From assembly GCA_026707405.1 (NCBI GenBank), contig JAPOWW010000004.1, positions 213,181 through 277,180 on the forward strand: DNA of 64,000 bases. The letters are read 5' to 3'. This document shows positions 36,473 to 45,918 of the stretch, one piece after another. The position numbers were made by a program, and so were the translations under genes. Within the stretch, counting starts at the first letter, position 1. Each line of letters starts with the position of its first letter. The stretch is from Chloroflexota bacterium. GTDB lineage: Bacteria > Chloroflexota > UBA11872 > VXNJ01. The notes below the pieces were generated by a model. That model ran no database searches. It saw only the letters and a list, made by a program, of their open reading frames with translations, and had not been told where the DNA came from.

Positions 36473-37621
36473 CTACTCGGGCTTGCCCCCGGCGGCTTCG
36501 CCTATCACTTCTTGCGGGTGTTCTTCCGTTGGCGAATCGGACGGCGTACGGTCTGCTTCGGCTTTGCGAACGACGGAGACCCATCTCGTGTAAGCAGCCC
36601 TAATCGCAAAGTAGACGAGCGCTCCGAATGGGACCGCAAATACCGCTCCCCAGAATCCGGCCGCAGCCGTTCCCACAAGCACCGAGGCGATGACGACCAG
36701 CGGGTGAATTCCCACCGCGCTGCCAATCACTCTCGTCTTTACGACGTTTTCGAGGATCACCTGCACGGCCAGCAGCGCTATTCCGACCCACAGCGCGACC
36801 GTCGGGGAGGTAAGAAGCGCAACGAGGACCGGAGCCAGGATGCCCAATACGGGGCCCGCGAACGGAACGGCGAGCACCAGACCCGAGAAGATCGCGATGA
36901 CGATCACGTAGTCGAGACCCGCGATCAACATGACCACCGCAACAGCTATTCCGAACAATGTCGACTCGGTCAGCTGGCCGCGCAGGAAGCCCGCGAACGT
37001 TACCTCCACGGCCTGCACCGCCTGTCGGAACTCCGCTCCCCAAACGCCCGGCAGCGACTTCTCGAAACGGGCCAGCGCCCTGTCCCAATCGAGCACCAGG
37101 TAGAACGACACGATCAGCGTCATGAAGAAGACCAGCACCGCCGTCGCAATTCCGGTCAGTGCACCAATCAGGCCGCTCAGGGCGGTCGCGCCAAGGTCGG
37201 CAAAGTTCGATCCGAGATCGCCCAGGGCGTCCTTCAGCGCCGATTCCGGTATACCGATGCTCTCCAGCCATTGAGTAACGTCGTCGATCCAGCGCTGAAC
37301 GTCGTCGCCGTAGTCGCCGATCCGCGTGGTGATGCCCGCCAGGTCGTGCAGCACCGGCGGCACCACGAACAAGGCGGCGGCGACGCTGGCTCCCGCCAGC
37401 GCGAGATAGACGATGGCTGTCGCCGGAAATCTCGACAGCTTGAGGCGTTCCAGGCGCCGGACCGTCGGAGAGACGGCGAAACTCACGATCCAGGCGAGCA
37501 AAAAGATGAGGATCGCCGTACCGAACTGGCCGCCCAGATTCCATAAAAACTGCCCAAGCCAGACGACCGCCACGGCGATGCCGAGCAGGAGTAAGGCGTT
37601 CTGCAGCTTTTTGGAGTCCAA
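36473..37621 (-). CDS. AI-2E family transporter (PerM/YhhT-like, UPF0118)
   Basis: Eight-TM membrane protein with conserved AI-2E blocks (FYLVLDWDR..., AVPFAGPVLG...). 382 aa. Confidence 0.8.
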   Translation of the reverse strand: MDSKKLQNALLLLGIAVAVVWLGQFLWNLGGQFGTAILIFLLAWIVSFAVSPTVRRLERLKLSRFPATAIVYLALAGASVAAALFVVPPVLHDLAGITTRIGDYGDDVQRWIDDVTQWLESIGIPESALKDALGDLGSNFADLGATALSGLIGALTGIATAVLVFFMTLIVSFYLVLDWDRALARFEKSLPGVWGAEFRQAVQAVEVTFAGFLRGQLTESTLFGIAVAVVMLIAGLDYVIVIAIFSGLVLAVPFAGPVLGILAPVLVALLTSPTVALWVGIALLAVQVILENVVKTRVIGSAVGIHPLVVIASVLVGTAAAGFWGAVFAVPFGALVYFAIRAAYTRWVSVVRKAEADRTPSDSPTEEHPQEVIGEAAGGKPE

Positions 37622-37665
37622 GCAGCCCTCGCGGCCCCGAGCGCCTAGCAGCTAAAAGATAGATT

Positions 37666-38562
37666 CTACCGGTTCAGAGAGGGTTCCCCGTCAATCTCGC
37701 CGTGTTCCAGGTACTTTCCGGCCAGTCCGCGAACCCATGCGATGCCCTCGGTGACGAACTCTTCCGAGGTGTCTTTTCTAATCGTCGGTTCGAAGACTAT
37801 GGAAACTTCGGGATTGGCCTTCGCAACCTCTCCAATCACTCGCTCGACGTCCGCGTATCCGTCATCCGTGCGGTGAGAGGGGTGCACGGGTATGTGACCG
37901 AATTTGGCGAACTCTTCTCCGGAGCTAATGTTCCAGACGTGCATTGAAGCGACGTGCGGCGCAAGAACCCCAACTGCGGCGTGCTCGTCGCCGTTGTGGA
38001 TTTGAGCCCAGCGATGAAGGTGCCCCGTGTCGAGGCATAGCTTGAGCGGCGGGTTGGACTCGATCAGCTCGGCGAATCCGGCCGGCTGATGGAACGATCC
38101 GTGATATCCGAGAAACTCGATATGGACCTCCACGCCGTGCCGCACGGACGCTTCAGCCATCCACCCGGCGGCCTCATGGGCAAGCGTCCGCGCCGAGTCG
38201 AAGTCGATGGGTTCTTTCGAATCGGCCACGTGCGTGACCGCGAACCGGCAGCCCGTCTCGGCGGCTCGGCGCAGCGAATCATCGAGCCACTCGAACGATC
38301 TCTTACGGGCGGATGCGTCAGGATGCAGGAACAAACTTGACCGCGGCCGCTCGAATCCCCGCCACGGGGAGATGTAGGGATGATGCACGCTCAAGCCCAC
38401 GCCGCGCCGGGCGATTCCGGCGGCCAGATCTCGATATCCATCGACTGTGCAGAGCAACAGTTGCCAGTCGGTCAACCCCACGTTGTACATGCCTCGCTTT
38501 GCCAGTTTCGCCTGCCGCCAGTCGTGGAAATCAAAGCCGGGCCAGAGGTTATCCATGTTCAT
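37666..38562 (-). CDS. sugar phosphate isomerase/epimerase (xylose isomerase-like TIM barrel) family protein
   Basis: TIM-barrel pattern with metal-ligand His/Glu blocks (VHIEFLGYHG, CLDTGHLHRW). Confidence 0.65.
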   Translation of the reverse strand: MNMDNLWPGFDFHDWRQAKLAKRGMYNVGLTDWQLLLCTVDGYRDLAAGIARRGVGLSVHHPYISPWRGFERPRSSLFLHPDASARKRSFEWLDDSLRRAAETGCRFAVTHVADSKEPIDFDSARTLAHEAAGWMAEASVRHGVEVHIEFLGYHGSFHQPAGFAELIESNPPLKLCLDTGHLHRWAQIHNGDEHAAVGVLAPHVASMHVWNISSGEEFAKFGHIPVHPSHRTDDGYADVERVIGEVAKANPEVSIVFEPTIRKDTSEEFVTEGIAWVRGLAGKYLEHGEIDGEPSLNR

Positions 38563-38669
38563 GTGTTGCCTAAATCCTCAATCCTTTAGTTCGGACGGCT
38601 GATCGCGGTCGCCGTCAAATACAATCGATAGAGCAGCCAGTTAGCCATAATTGATTCCGGCGGCCGCCA

Positions 38670-40601
38670 TTGTTAACTGTCGAAGCCATAGATGAAAAGC
38701 TCCACGCTTTGCCGGCCAAGCCGGGCGCTTACCTCTTCAAGAACGCGGCCGGTCAGGTCCTCTACGTTGGCAAGGCGGCCTGCCTCAGAACTCGCGTCCG
38801 CTCGTATTTTGGAGGTCAGCGCGGCTTTTCGCCGAAGACCGTTAGTCTCGTTCAGGCTGTGCAGGATATCGAGACCCTCGTCACCGATTCCGAGATCGAA
38901 GCGCTCCTTCTTGAAATCAATCTAATCAAGCGCCACCGTCCCCGCTACAACATCATGTTCAGGGACGACAAGCAGTATCTTTACATAAAAATAACGACCG
39001 GCGAGACGTACCCGCGCGTGTTCACGACTCGCAAGATCACCCGTGACGGCTCGCGCTATTTCGGACCTTTCACAAGCGCAAAGGCGCTTCGCCAGACGCT
39101 CAAGCTGCTAAACAGGCTGTTCCCGTATCGGACGTGCTCACTGGATATGGCCAAAGAGTGGGACCGTCCCTGCCTCAAATATCACATCGAGCTTTGTAAC
39201 GGACCCTGCATACGCGTCGTTACGCCGGAGGTATATCGAGGCGTGATCGATCAGACAATCGATTTCCTCGAAGGGCGCGCCGACTACGTGGTCGACAAGA
39301 TGCGTGAGTCGATGGAAATCGCGGCGGCGGAGCTGAAGTTCGAGGCCGCGGCGCTCATGCGCGATCGCATCAGGTCGATAGAGAAGGTGATCGTCGAGCA
39401 GAAGATGGTCGATCCGCGGCGCGGCGACCGGGATGTGGTGGGTATAGCACGCGACGGCCGCGAGGCGATGGGGCAGGTGCTCAACGTGCGCAACGGCAAA
39501 GTCGTGGGGCAGGAGACCTATCGGCTGCAAGTGACGGGCGGCGAGACCGATGAGGAGATTACGTCCGAGTTCGTTCGCGAGTACTACCATCGCGCGCCGG
39601 AGGTGCCCAGGGAGATTCTGCTCCCGACCGGAGTGAACGACGGTGAAATTCTCACAGCGTGGCTTCAGACGTTGAGGGAAGGGTCCGTACGCCTGCGCGT
39701 CCCCAAGCGCGGCGTTCTGAGACGGCTTGTCAAGCTGGCCGAGTCCAACGCCGGTGAAACACTCGAGGCCGACCGGACCATTCTTCTCAATAGCTCGCGG
39801 CGGCTCAGGCACGCGCTCCTCGAGGCGGGCCAAGCACTGGACCTTCCACGCTTGCCCCGGCGGATCGAATGTTATGACATCTCGCACATTCAGGGGTCGT
39901 TGACGGTCGCTTCGATGGTCGTCTTCGAGGATGGCGTGCCCAAGAAGGGCAAATATCGACGGTTCAAGATCAGAGGATCGGCCAACGACGACTTCGCGGC
40001 CATGCGCGAGGTGATTCGCCGCCGGTTCAAGCGGCTCGCCGAGGCCGGCGGTCGGAAAGACGGAGGAGGACTCGGCGTCCGGGCGCTCAAGCGCGTGCCG
40101 CTTACCGACTTCGATCCCGCCGCGCCGCTTCCCGAGACCGCGGAGGAATCGGTCGGCACCAGCAAAGAGTGGAACTCAGTCCCCGACCTAATACTCATCG
40201 ATGGCGGCAAAGGGCAGCTTTCGGCGGCGTTGAAGGCGATGTACGAGGTTGGCGTCGAGGGCTTGCCCACAGCCGCGATCGCAAAGAAACGCGAAGAGCT
40301 TTTCTTGCCGGGAAATCCCTCGCCGATTCTGTTACCGGCTTCGTCGGACGGACTTCACCTTTTGCAGCGCATCCGCGACGAGGCGCATAGATTCGCGGTC
40401 AGCTTTCACATCCGTCTCAGGACGAAGGCTGGCCGGAGATCGATTCTCGACGAAATCCCCGGGATCGGCCCGAAACGCAAGCGCGCCTTGTACCGCAAGT
40501 TCGGTTCGTTGACCCGCATCCGCGAAGCCGGAGTCGAGGAGCTGGCGAGTGTCAAGGGCATGAGCAAACCGGCCGCCATGGCGCTCAAGGAATCGCTTTA
40601 G
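38670..40601 (+). CDS. uvrC: excinuclease ABC subunit C
   Basis: N-terminal GIY-YIG (PGAYLFKNAAGQVLYVGKA...), UvrBC-interaction domain, RNase H-like endonuclease domain, C-terminal (HhH)2. 643 aa. Confidence 0.95.
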   Translation: MLTVEAIDEKLHALPAKPGAYLFKNAAGQVLYVGKAACLRTRVRSYFGGQRGFSPKTVSLVQAVQDIETLVTDSEIEALLLEINLIKRHRPRYNIMFRDDKQYLYIKITTGETYPRVFTTRKITRDGSRYFGPFTSAKALRQTLKLLNRLFPYRTCSLDMAKEWDRPCLKYHIELCNGPCIRVVTPEVYRGVIDQTIDFLEGRADYVVDKMRESMEIAAAELKFEAAALMRDRIRSIEKVIVEQKMVDPRRGDRDVVGIARDGREAMGQVLNVRNGKVVGQETYRLQVTGGETDEEITSEFVREYYHRAPEVPREILLPTGVNDGEILTAWLQTLREGSVRLRVPKRGVLRRLVKLAESNAGETLEADRTILLNSSRRLRHALLEAGQALDLPRLPRRIECYDISHIQGSLTVASMVVFEDGVPKKGKYRRFKIRGSANDDFAAMREVIRRRFKRLAEAGGRKDGGGLGVRALKRVPLTDFDPAAPLPETAEESVGTSKEWNSVPDLILIDGGKGQLSAALKAMYEVGVEGLPTAAIAKKREELFLPGNPSPILLPASSDGLHLLQRIRDEAHRFAVSFHIRLRTKAGRRSILDEIPGIGPKRKRALYRKFGSLTRIREAGVEELASVKGMSKPAAMALKESL

Positions 40602-40616
40602 CCCGACCGCTCTGGG

Positions 40617-41624
40617 CTATTCGACCGCGATCGGCCTGCCGGTGCGGTTTGATTCGTAGGCCGCCATCACGACTTTGAAATTTCTATAGCCTTCCTCGAA
40701 CGGAACGGGCGGGGGGGCGCCGGATTCGAGCGCATCGGCGTATTCCTCGAATAGCGGGGCAAACGAACCGGATTCTTCTGCGGGTACGTCGGGATAGCTC
40801 CAGTCGTCGCCCCGCAGCACGGCGAGTTGCCGTCCTTCATGATCGAACAGGATGCTTCCTTTGTCACCGTGAATTTCCTGCACGCGTTTGGCCGCCCCGA
40901 CGCTCCATCCGATGAGTATCTGACTCGTTCCCCCGTTGGCGTGAGTCAACGTCGCCACAACCGTGTCTTCGACCTCGATATCGCGCACGAACGTTCCCAG
41001 CCGGGCGTACACCTCGGTAACCGGCGAGCCCAGGTAGGCGGCGGCGGAATAGAGACTGTGATAGGCGTTGTCGATAAGCGCGCCTCCGCCGCCCGTGCTG
41101 GTCCGCGTGCGCCAGTCGGGATCATATGCCTTGGCGCCCGGCCAGTGGCTGTCCGACAGACTTTCGATGCGTACCAGGAACGGTCTGCCGATGCCGCCTT
41201 CGTCGATCACCCGCAAAGCGGCGCTCGAACTGGCCGAATAGAGGTAGTTGTGGATTATGCAGGCGGGCGCGCCGGACTTCGCGACCGCAGCCATGATTTC
41301 GTCGGCTTCTTTCAGCGACGTTGCCATCGGCTTTTCCATGAGGATCGCTTTTCCCGAGGCGGCCGCCGCCACGCACGAGTCGCGGTGCAAAAAATGGGGA
41401 ACGGCCATGTCGACGAGATCAATGCTGTCGTCTCGCAACAGATCGTTCCAGGTGGAATAGCGGCTAACTGGAGGCACCCCGAAGCGGCCGCCTATCAGAT
41501 CGCGCCGCTCTTCGGATGGATCGGCGACCGCTACGATTTCGAAGCGGTCGCGTAGCCGTTCAAAGGCCGGCGCGTGGCCCTCTTCTACGATCCGTCCACA
41601 GCCTACGATTCCGACGCGTATCAC
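40617..41624 (-). CDS. Gfo/Idh/MocA-family NAD(P)-dependent oxidoreductase
   Basis: Rossmann N-terminus MIRVGIVGCGRIVEEGHAPA, EKP motif (MEKPMA), C-terminal alpha/beta domain. Confidence 0.85.
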   Translation of the reverse strand: MIRVGIVGCGRIVEEGHAPAFERLRDRFEIVAVADPSEERRDLIGGRFGVPPVSRYSTWNDLLRDDSIDLVDMAVPHFLHRDSCVAAAASGKAILMEKPMATSLKEADEIMAAVAKSGAPACIIHNYLYSASSSAALRVIDEGGIGRPFLVRIESLSDSHWPGAKAYDPDWRTRTSTGGGGALIDNAYHSLYSAAAYLGSPVTEVYARLGTFVRDIEVEDTVVATLTHANGGTSQILIGWSVGAAKRVQEIHGDKGSILFDHEGRQLAVLRGDDWSYPDVPAEESGSFAPLFEEYADALESGAPPPVPFEEGYRNFKVVMAAYESNRTGRPIAVE

Positions 41625-41648
41625 GTTAAAGCCGCGCGCGTCGCGTAA

Positions 41649-42500
41649 CTAATTGTTCTCGGCGCCGACGTCGAAGCCGAGAACGTCGGTCATAAACCGG
41701 GTGTTCACTTCCAGGCTCTGCCGCGGCGTCGTCTGCGAGCGGTCGAGCTCGACTGTAAGCCAACCGTCGAAGTCAGCCCTACGCAGCGCCTCGATCATCG
41801 CGACGATGTCGACCGTTCCCTGGTCCAGCTCGCTGAAAAACGCCAGCGTCGGCGCCAGTCCGTCGTGCGGCACGGCGGCTTCGGGCGTGTCGAGCTCGGG
41901 CGAGTAGTTCTTCATGTGGGCATAGATGATTATGTCGGCGTAGGTCTCAGCCACTTCGACCGGATCGTCCCCCGCCTTGGCTATGTGGGCGGGGTCGAGG
42001 ACCATCTTCACCAGGCTGGTGTCCACCTGATCGTAGAACTCGGTGATCTCGTCCCGGTTCTGGATCACCGTATTCCAGTGCGGGTGTACTCCGACCGCGA
42101 CGCCCATGTCCCGGGCGCCCTCGCATATTCGGGTCACGACCCGCGCCATCTGCGCGATCTCGGCGCTGCTGGGTCCGCCTTCCGGACGCCGCCCCGGGCC
42201 GAGCACGAGATGATGGGAGTCCATGCGCTCCAGGAATCCGGCGACCTTGAGGTTGTAGTCGATTACCTCGGTTTCGGCGGACGGATCGTGCATAAGACCG
42301 CCGCCATAGAGCCCCGAGAGCTGCAAGTTTCGCTCGGCTAGCATCGACTGGAGCTCGTCCTCGCGTCCGTCGAAATCGTCGACCACGTAGGCGAACGTCT
42401 CCATGCCCAGGTATCCGAAATCCCGGATATCGTCGAGCGCCTCAATCAGATTCTCGGCGCCCCACGTTATCTGGTGAACGGAGCAGCGAAACCGGGCCAT
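41649..42500 (-). CDS. sugar phosphate isomerase/epimerase (xylose isomerase-like TIM barrel)
   Basis: Conserved blocks GMETF, VGVHPH, VLDPAHIAKAG, IYAHMKN. Confidence 0.8.
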   Translation of the reverse strand: MARFRCSVHQITWGAENLIEALDDIRDFGYLGMETFAYVVDDFDGREDELQSMLAERNLQLSGLYGGGLMHDPSAETEVIDYNLKVAGFLERMDSHHLVLGPGRRPEGGPSSAEIAQMARVVTRICEGARDMGVAVGVHPHWNTVIQNRDEITEFYDQVDTSLVKMVLDPAHIAKAGDDPVEVAETYADIIIYAHMKNYSPELDTPEAAVPHDGLAPTLAFFSELDQGTVDIVAMIEALRRADFDGWLTVELDRSQTTPRQSLEVNTRFMTDVLGFDVGAENN

Positions 42501-42523
42501 GGGTGGCTAACTAGAGCCTGTTT

Positions 42524-43495
42524 TCACGCCCAGTAGGCCACGCCCGCGGGTTCGGTCATCAGGACTTCCTGCAGGAGCTTGACGCCCTTTTCGAGGCCCT
42601 CGTTGGGCGACATCAGGCTGTCTTCGTGCTCGATGCTCAAGACGCCGTCGTAGCCGATCATCCGAAGCTCGCTGATCATGTCCTTCCAAACGGTGAGGTC
42701 GTTTCCGTAGCCGAGCGACCGGAAGATCCACGAACGGTTGATCTCGTCCGTGTACGGCTTGGTATCGAGTACGCCGTTGACTCTGGTGTTGGCCGAGTCC
42801 ACGCGCGTGTCCTTGGCGTGGAAGTGGTGCATCGCCCCGGCTTTGCCGATTTCACGGATCGCCGCCGTAGCGTCGATGCCTTGCCAGAACAGGTGGCTCG
42901 GATCGAAGTTGGCTCCGATCTCCGGGCCTACGGCGTCGCGCAGGCGCAAGAGCGTCTCCGGGTTGTACACGGCGAATCCGGGGTGCATCTCGAATCCGAT
43001 TTTCGAGACCCCGTGATCGCGGGCGAACGCCGCCGACTCCTGCCAGTACGGAATCAGGACCTCGTTCCACTGCCACTCCAGAATTTCCGGGTAGTCCGGC
43101 GGCCACGCGCATGTAACCCAGTTGGGGTATTTCGCGCCTTCGTGGTCGCCCGGGCAGCCCGAGAACGTGATTACCGTGTCGACTCCCATCTTCTCGGCCA
43201 GGCGCATGGCGTTCCGCTCGTCTTCGACGTGCTCGGCGGCGATGTCCTTGTTCGGATGAACAGGATTGCCGTGCATGCTAAGCGCCGAGACCTCCAGGTT
43301 GTGCTCGGCCAGCGTCGCTTGGAGGGCGTCGATTTTGGCCGGATTGGCAAGCAGGTCCTTGGCGTTGCAATGAGCGTTGCCGGGATATCCTCCGCAGCCA
43401 AGCTCCACCGCTTCGACTCCGAGTCCGGATAGGTACGTAAGGACCTTCTCGAATGGCTGATCGCTCATCAGAACCGTGAATACGCCGATTTTCAT
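42524..43495 (-). CDS. sugar phosphate isomerase/epimerase (xylose isomerase-like TIM barrel)
   Basis: Blocks AVELGCGG, FEMHPGF, NFDPSHLFWQG, HHFHAKD. Confidence 0.8.
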   Translation of the reverse strand: MKIGVFTVLMSDQPFEKVLTYLSGLGVEAVELGCGGYPGNAHCNAKDLLANPAKIDALQATLAEHNLEVSALSMHGNPVHPNKDIAAEHVEDERNAMRLAEKMGVDTVITFSGCPGDHEGAKYPNWVTCAWPPDYPEILEWQWNEVLIPYWQESAAFARDHGVSKIGFEMHPGFAVYNPETLLRLRDAVGPEIGANFDPSHLFWQGIDATAAIREIGKAGAMHHFHAKDTRVDSANTRVNGVLDTKPYTDEINRSWIFRSLGYGNDLTVWKDMISELRMIGYDGVLSIEHEDSLMSPNEGLEKGVKLLQEVLMTEPAGVAYWA

Positions 43496-43534
43496 CTGTC
43501 TAGCCTCCCTTTGCGCCCCGGCGGCGCCGCGCCG

Positions 43535-44737
43535 CTAATACGAAATCTCGACACGCGAGCCTCCGTTGTCCGAAGACCTCGCGATCGAGTCCATGATGAC
43601 ATCACACTTGTAGCCGTCTTCGAATGTCGCCCCCAGCGGCGCCACGTCCTTGTCGTTGACTATGCAGTCGAGGAAGTGGTGCAGTTCATGGGCGAACGTG
43701 TGCTCCCATCCGATTATGTGCCCGTGCGGCCACCAGTGTTCCCAGTATGGATGGTCCGCCTCAGTGACGAGCACGTTTCGGAACCCGCCGGCCTGCGACG
43801 GCTGAGTGTCGGCGAGGAATACCTCAAGCTCGTTGAGACGTTCCAGGTTGAACGAAATCGAACCCTTGGATCCGTTGATCTCGAACGTGTTCAGGTTTTT
43901 CCGGCCCATCGCGAAGCGCGTGGCTTCCATCGTCCCGATGGCGCCGTTTTGAAACTCGAAGAGGCTGACGAATGCGTCGTCAACGTCAACCGGGCCCGTC
44001 TTCGAGGAGTCGTCCTCCAGGGGCCTTTCCTTGATGAAGGTCTTGAGCAGGCCGTTAACAGCCTTGGGTTCGCCGATGAGGAATCGCGCCAGGTCGATTA
44101 TGTGCGCGCCCAGGTCGCCCAGCGCTCCGCTTCCCGCTATGGCCTTGTCCAGACGCCACACCCTGGGAAACTGCGGATCGATGATCCATTCCTGACAGTA
44201 TCTGGCGCGGAAATGGAAGATATCGCCCAGGTGTCCCGCCTGAATCAGCTCCCGGGCCTGCACGATTGCGGGCACGAAGCGGTAGTTGAAGCCGCACATG
44301 TGCTTGACTCCCGCGGCCTCGGCGGCTTCGAGCATTGCTCTCGACTCGTCGGGGTTCCTGCCAAGGGGTTTCTCGCAAATCACGTGCTTTCCGGCCTGGG
44401 CCGCCGCGATGCTCGGCTCGGCGTGGAGATTGTTAGGCCCGCCGTTATCGAGAACCTGTACATCGCTGTCGGAAATCAGATCGCGCCAATCGGTGCAGTG
44501 CCGCTGGAATCCGAAGCGCTTGGCGGCGTCGGCGACCGGTCCCTCGGAGCGTCCGGCGATGTTGACGAGCACCGGATTTGCCGCGGGCGGGTACATCATG
44601 TAGGCGAGCTTCTTGTATCCGTTGGCGTGCGCCTTGCCCATGAAGGCGTAGCCGAGCATTCCGATGCCTATCGATGGGATTTCTCCCGCCGAGTCCGAAA
44701 CGCTTCCCATCGTCGTGAAACCGACATCGTCTGCCAT
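43535..44737 (-). CDS. Gfo/Idh/MocA-family oxidoreductase
   Basis: Rossmann IGIGMLGYAFMGKAHA, EKP motif (CEKPLG), long C-terminal dimerisation domain. N-terminal extension may be over-called. Confidence 0.85.
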   Translation of the reverse strand: MADDVGFTTMGSVSDSAGEIPSIGIGMLGYAFMGKAHANGYKKLAYMMYPPAANPVLVNIAGRSEGPVADAAKRFGFQRHCTDWRDLISDSDVQVLDNGGPNNLHAEPSIAAAQAGKHVICEKPLGRNPDESRAMLEAAEAAGVKHMCGFNYRFVPAIVQARELIQAGHLGDIFHFRARYCQEWIIDPQFPRVWRLDKAIAGSGALGDLGAHIIDLARFLIGEPKAVNGLLKTFIKERPLEDDSSKTGPVDVDDAFVSLFEFQNGAIGTMEATRFAMGRKNLNTFEINGSKGSISFNLERLNELEVFLADTQPSQAGGFRNVLVTEADHPYWEHWWPHGHIIGWEHTFAHELHHFLDCIVNDKDVAPLGATFEDGYKCDVIMDSIARSSDNGGSRVEISY

Positions 44738-44824
44738 GTGAGGCCCTCCGGTGAGCGGCCTTCCTTCCGTACGCGAAAGCCCTATCGGCGTGGGCGGAAA
44801 ACGTACCGCAAACCCCGCCGGTTA

Positions 44825-44850
44825 GCAAACGCCGGACACTCGGCGTTTGC
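44825..44850. promoter_or_regulatory. perfect 26-bp palindrome GCAAACGCCG-gacact-CGGCGTTTGC (candidate operator or hairpin) in a divergent intergenic region
   Basis: 10-bp perfect inverted repeat with a 6-nt spacer, 88 bp upstream of the minus-strand oxidoreductase start (44737) and about 200 bp upstream of the ZIP transporter gene. Confidence 0.3.
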
Positions 44851-45048
44851 CGCCGCAACCGGACGCGGCATTCGGTTTCGAGCCCGTGGACAGGCTGTTT
44901 AACGCACTGATTCCATCACAAGAATGTCCGGCTCTCTGCGGGATCTACATTTGGCCTGGGCAATTGACAGTTCGTAGTATTTCTCAATTCGGCTACCAGT
45001 TCCAACGGCGTCGGCGTTGATGTTTTGTAGATACGTGAGGGGCTAGCT

Positions 45049-45918
45049 ATGGAGCTTCTACCGGTCAAGCTGCTCGCCGGTCTTGGGATCATTGCGGTAA
45101 CGGTGATCGGCGGCGCCATTCCCCTCCTTGCGGCCAGCCGCCAGGTAGGCTGGCGGTTCTTCTCGCTGGGCAACGCCTTCGCCGGTGGAATCTTCCTTGG
45201 GGTCGGTTTCATTCACTTACTGCCCGAGGGGATTCATGAGCTGGAAGAGGTCGTCGACTACCCGCTGGGAGCGCTGCTGGCGGCGATAGGCGTTGGCCTT
45301 CTTCTTCTAATCGATCGCGTGATCTTCGACCGTGGACACGGACATGGTCACGGCGAAGTCCCGGCGGGTGGGGCGCCCCAGGGGGCCATCTACCCGTACA
45401 TGCTGCTCGTTCTTCTGTCGATCCATTCGATCGCCGCGGGTATCGCGCTCGGACTTGAGGAGCACTTGACGACCGTGATCATCCTTGTAATTGGAATCCT
45501 GTCTCATCAGGGTTCGGAGGCCTTCGCGTTCGTGGTCAGCACTCACGCCGCGGGACTCGAGGCAAGACGCCAGAAGATCATGCTGACGATCCTTTCCCTG
45601 ACCGTTCCCGTGGGGATCCTCGCGGGTTTGGCAACTTCAACCGCCTTGTCCGAGATGAGCGACGTGAGAAGTCTCATCGAAGGCAGTTTCGTCGCGTTCG
45701 CGGCGGGGACCTTCATCTACGTTGCGATCATCGACATCATCCACGAGGAGTTCGCCAGGAGAGAGGTGCGCGTGGCGAGGTTCGTCATGAGTGTCCTTTC
45801 CGGAGACGACGACGTACCGATGCCGACGGTGGACAGGGACCGAGTTGCGAAATTCGTGCTGATAGCTGCGGGTATCGCCTTAATGGCGGTCGTAGCCCTG
45901 TTCGCCGAGCACCACTAG
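45049..45918 (+). CDS. ZIP-family (ZupT-like) divalent metal transporter
   Basis: Eight-TM protein with His-rich loop HGHGHGH and conserved ZIP metal-binding helices (HSIAAGIALG, SHQGSEAFAF). Confidence 0.85.
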   Translation: MELLPVKLLAGLGIIAVTVIGGAIPLLAASRQVGWRFFSLGNAFAGGIFLGVGFIHLLPEGIHELEEVVDYPLGALLAAIGVGLLLLIDRVIFDRGHGHGHGEVPAGGAPQGAIYPYMLLVLLSIHSIAAGIALGLEEHLTTVIILVIGILSHQGSEAFAFVVSTHAAGLEARRQKIMLTILSLTVPVGILAGLATSTALSEMSDVRSLIEGSFVAFAAGTFIYVAIIDIIHEEFARREVRVARFVMSVLSGDDDVPMPTVDRDRVAKFVLIAAGIALMAVVALFAEHH

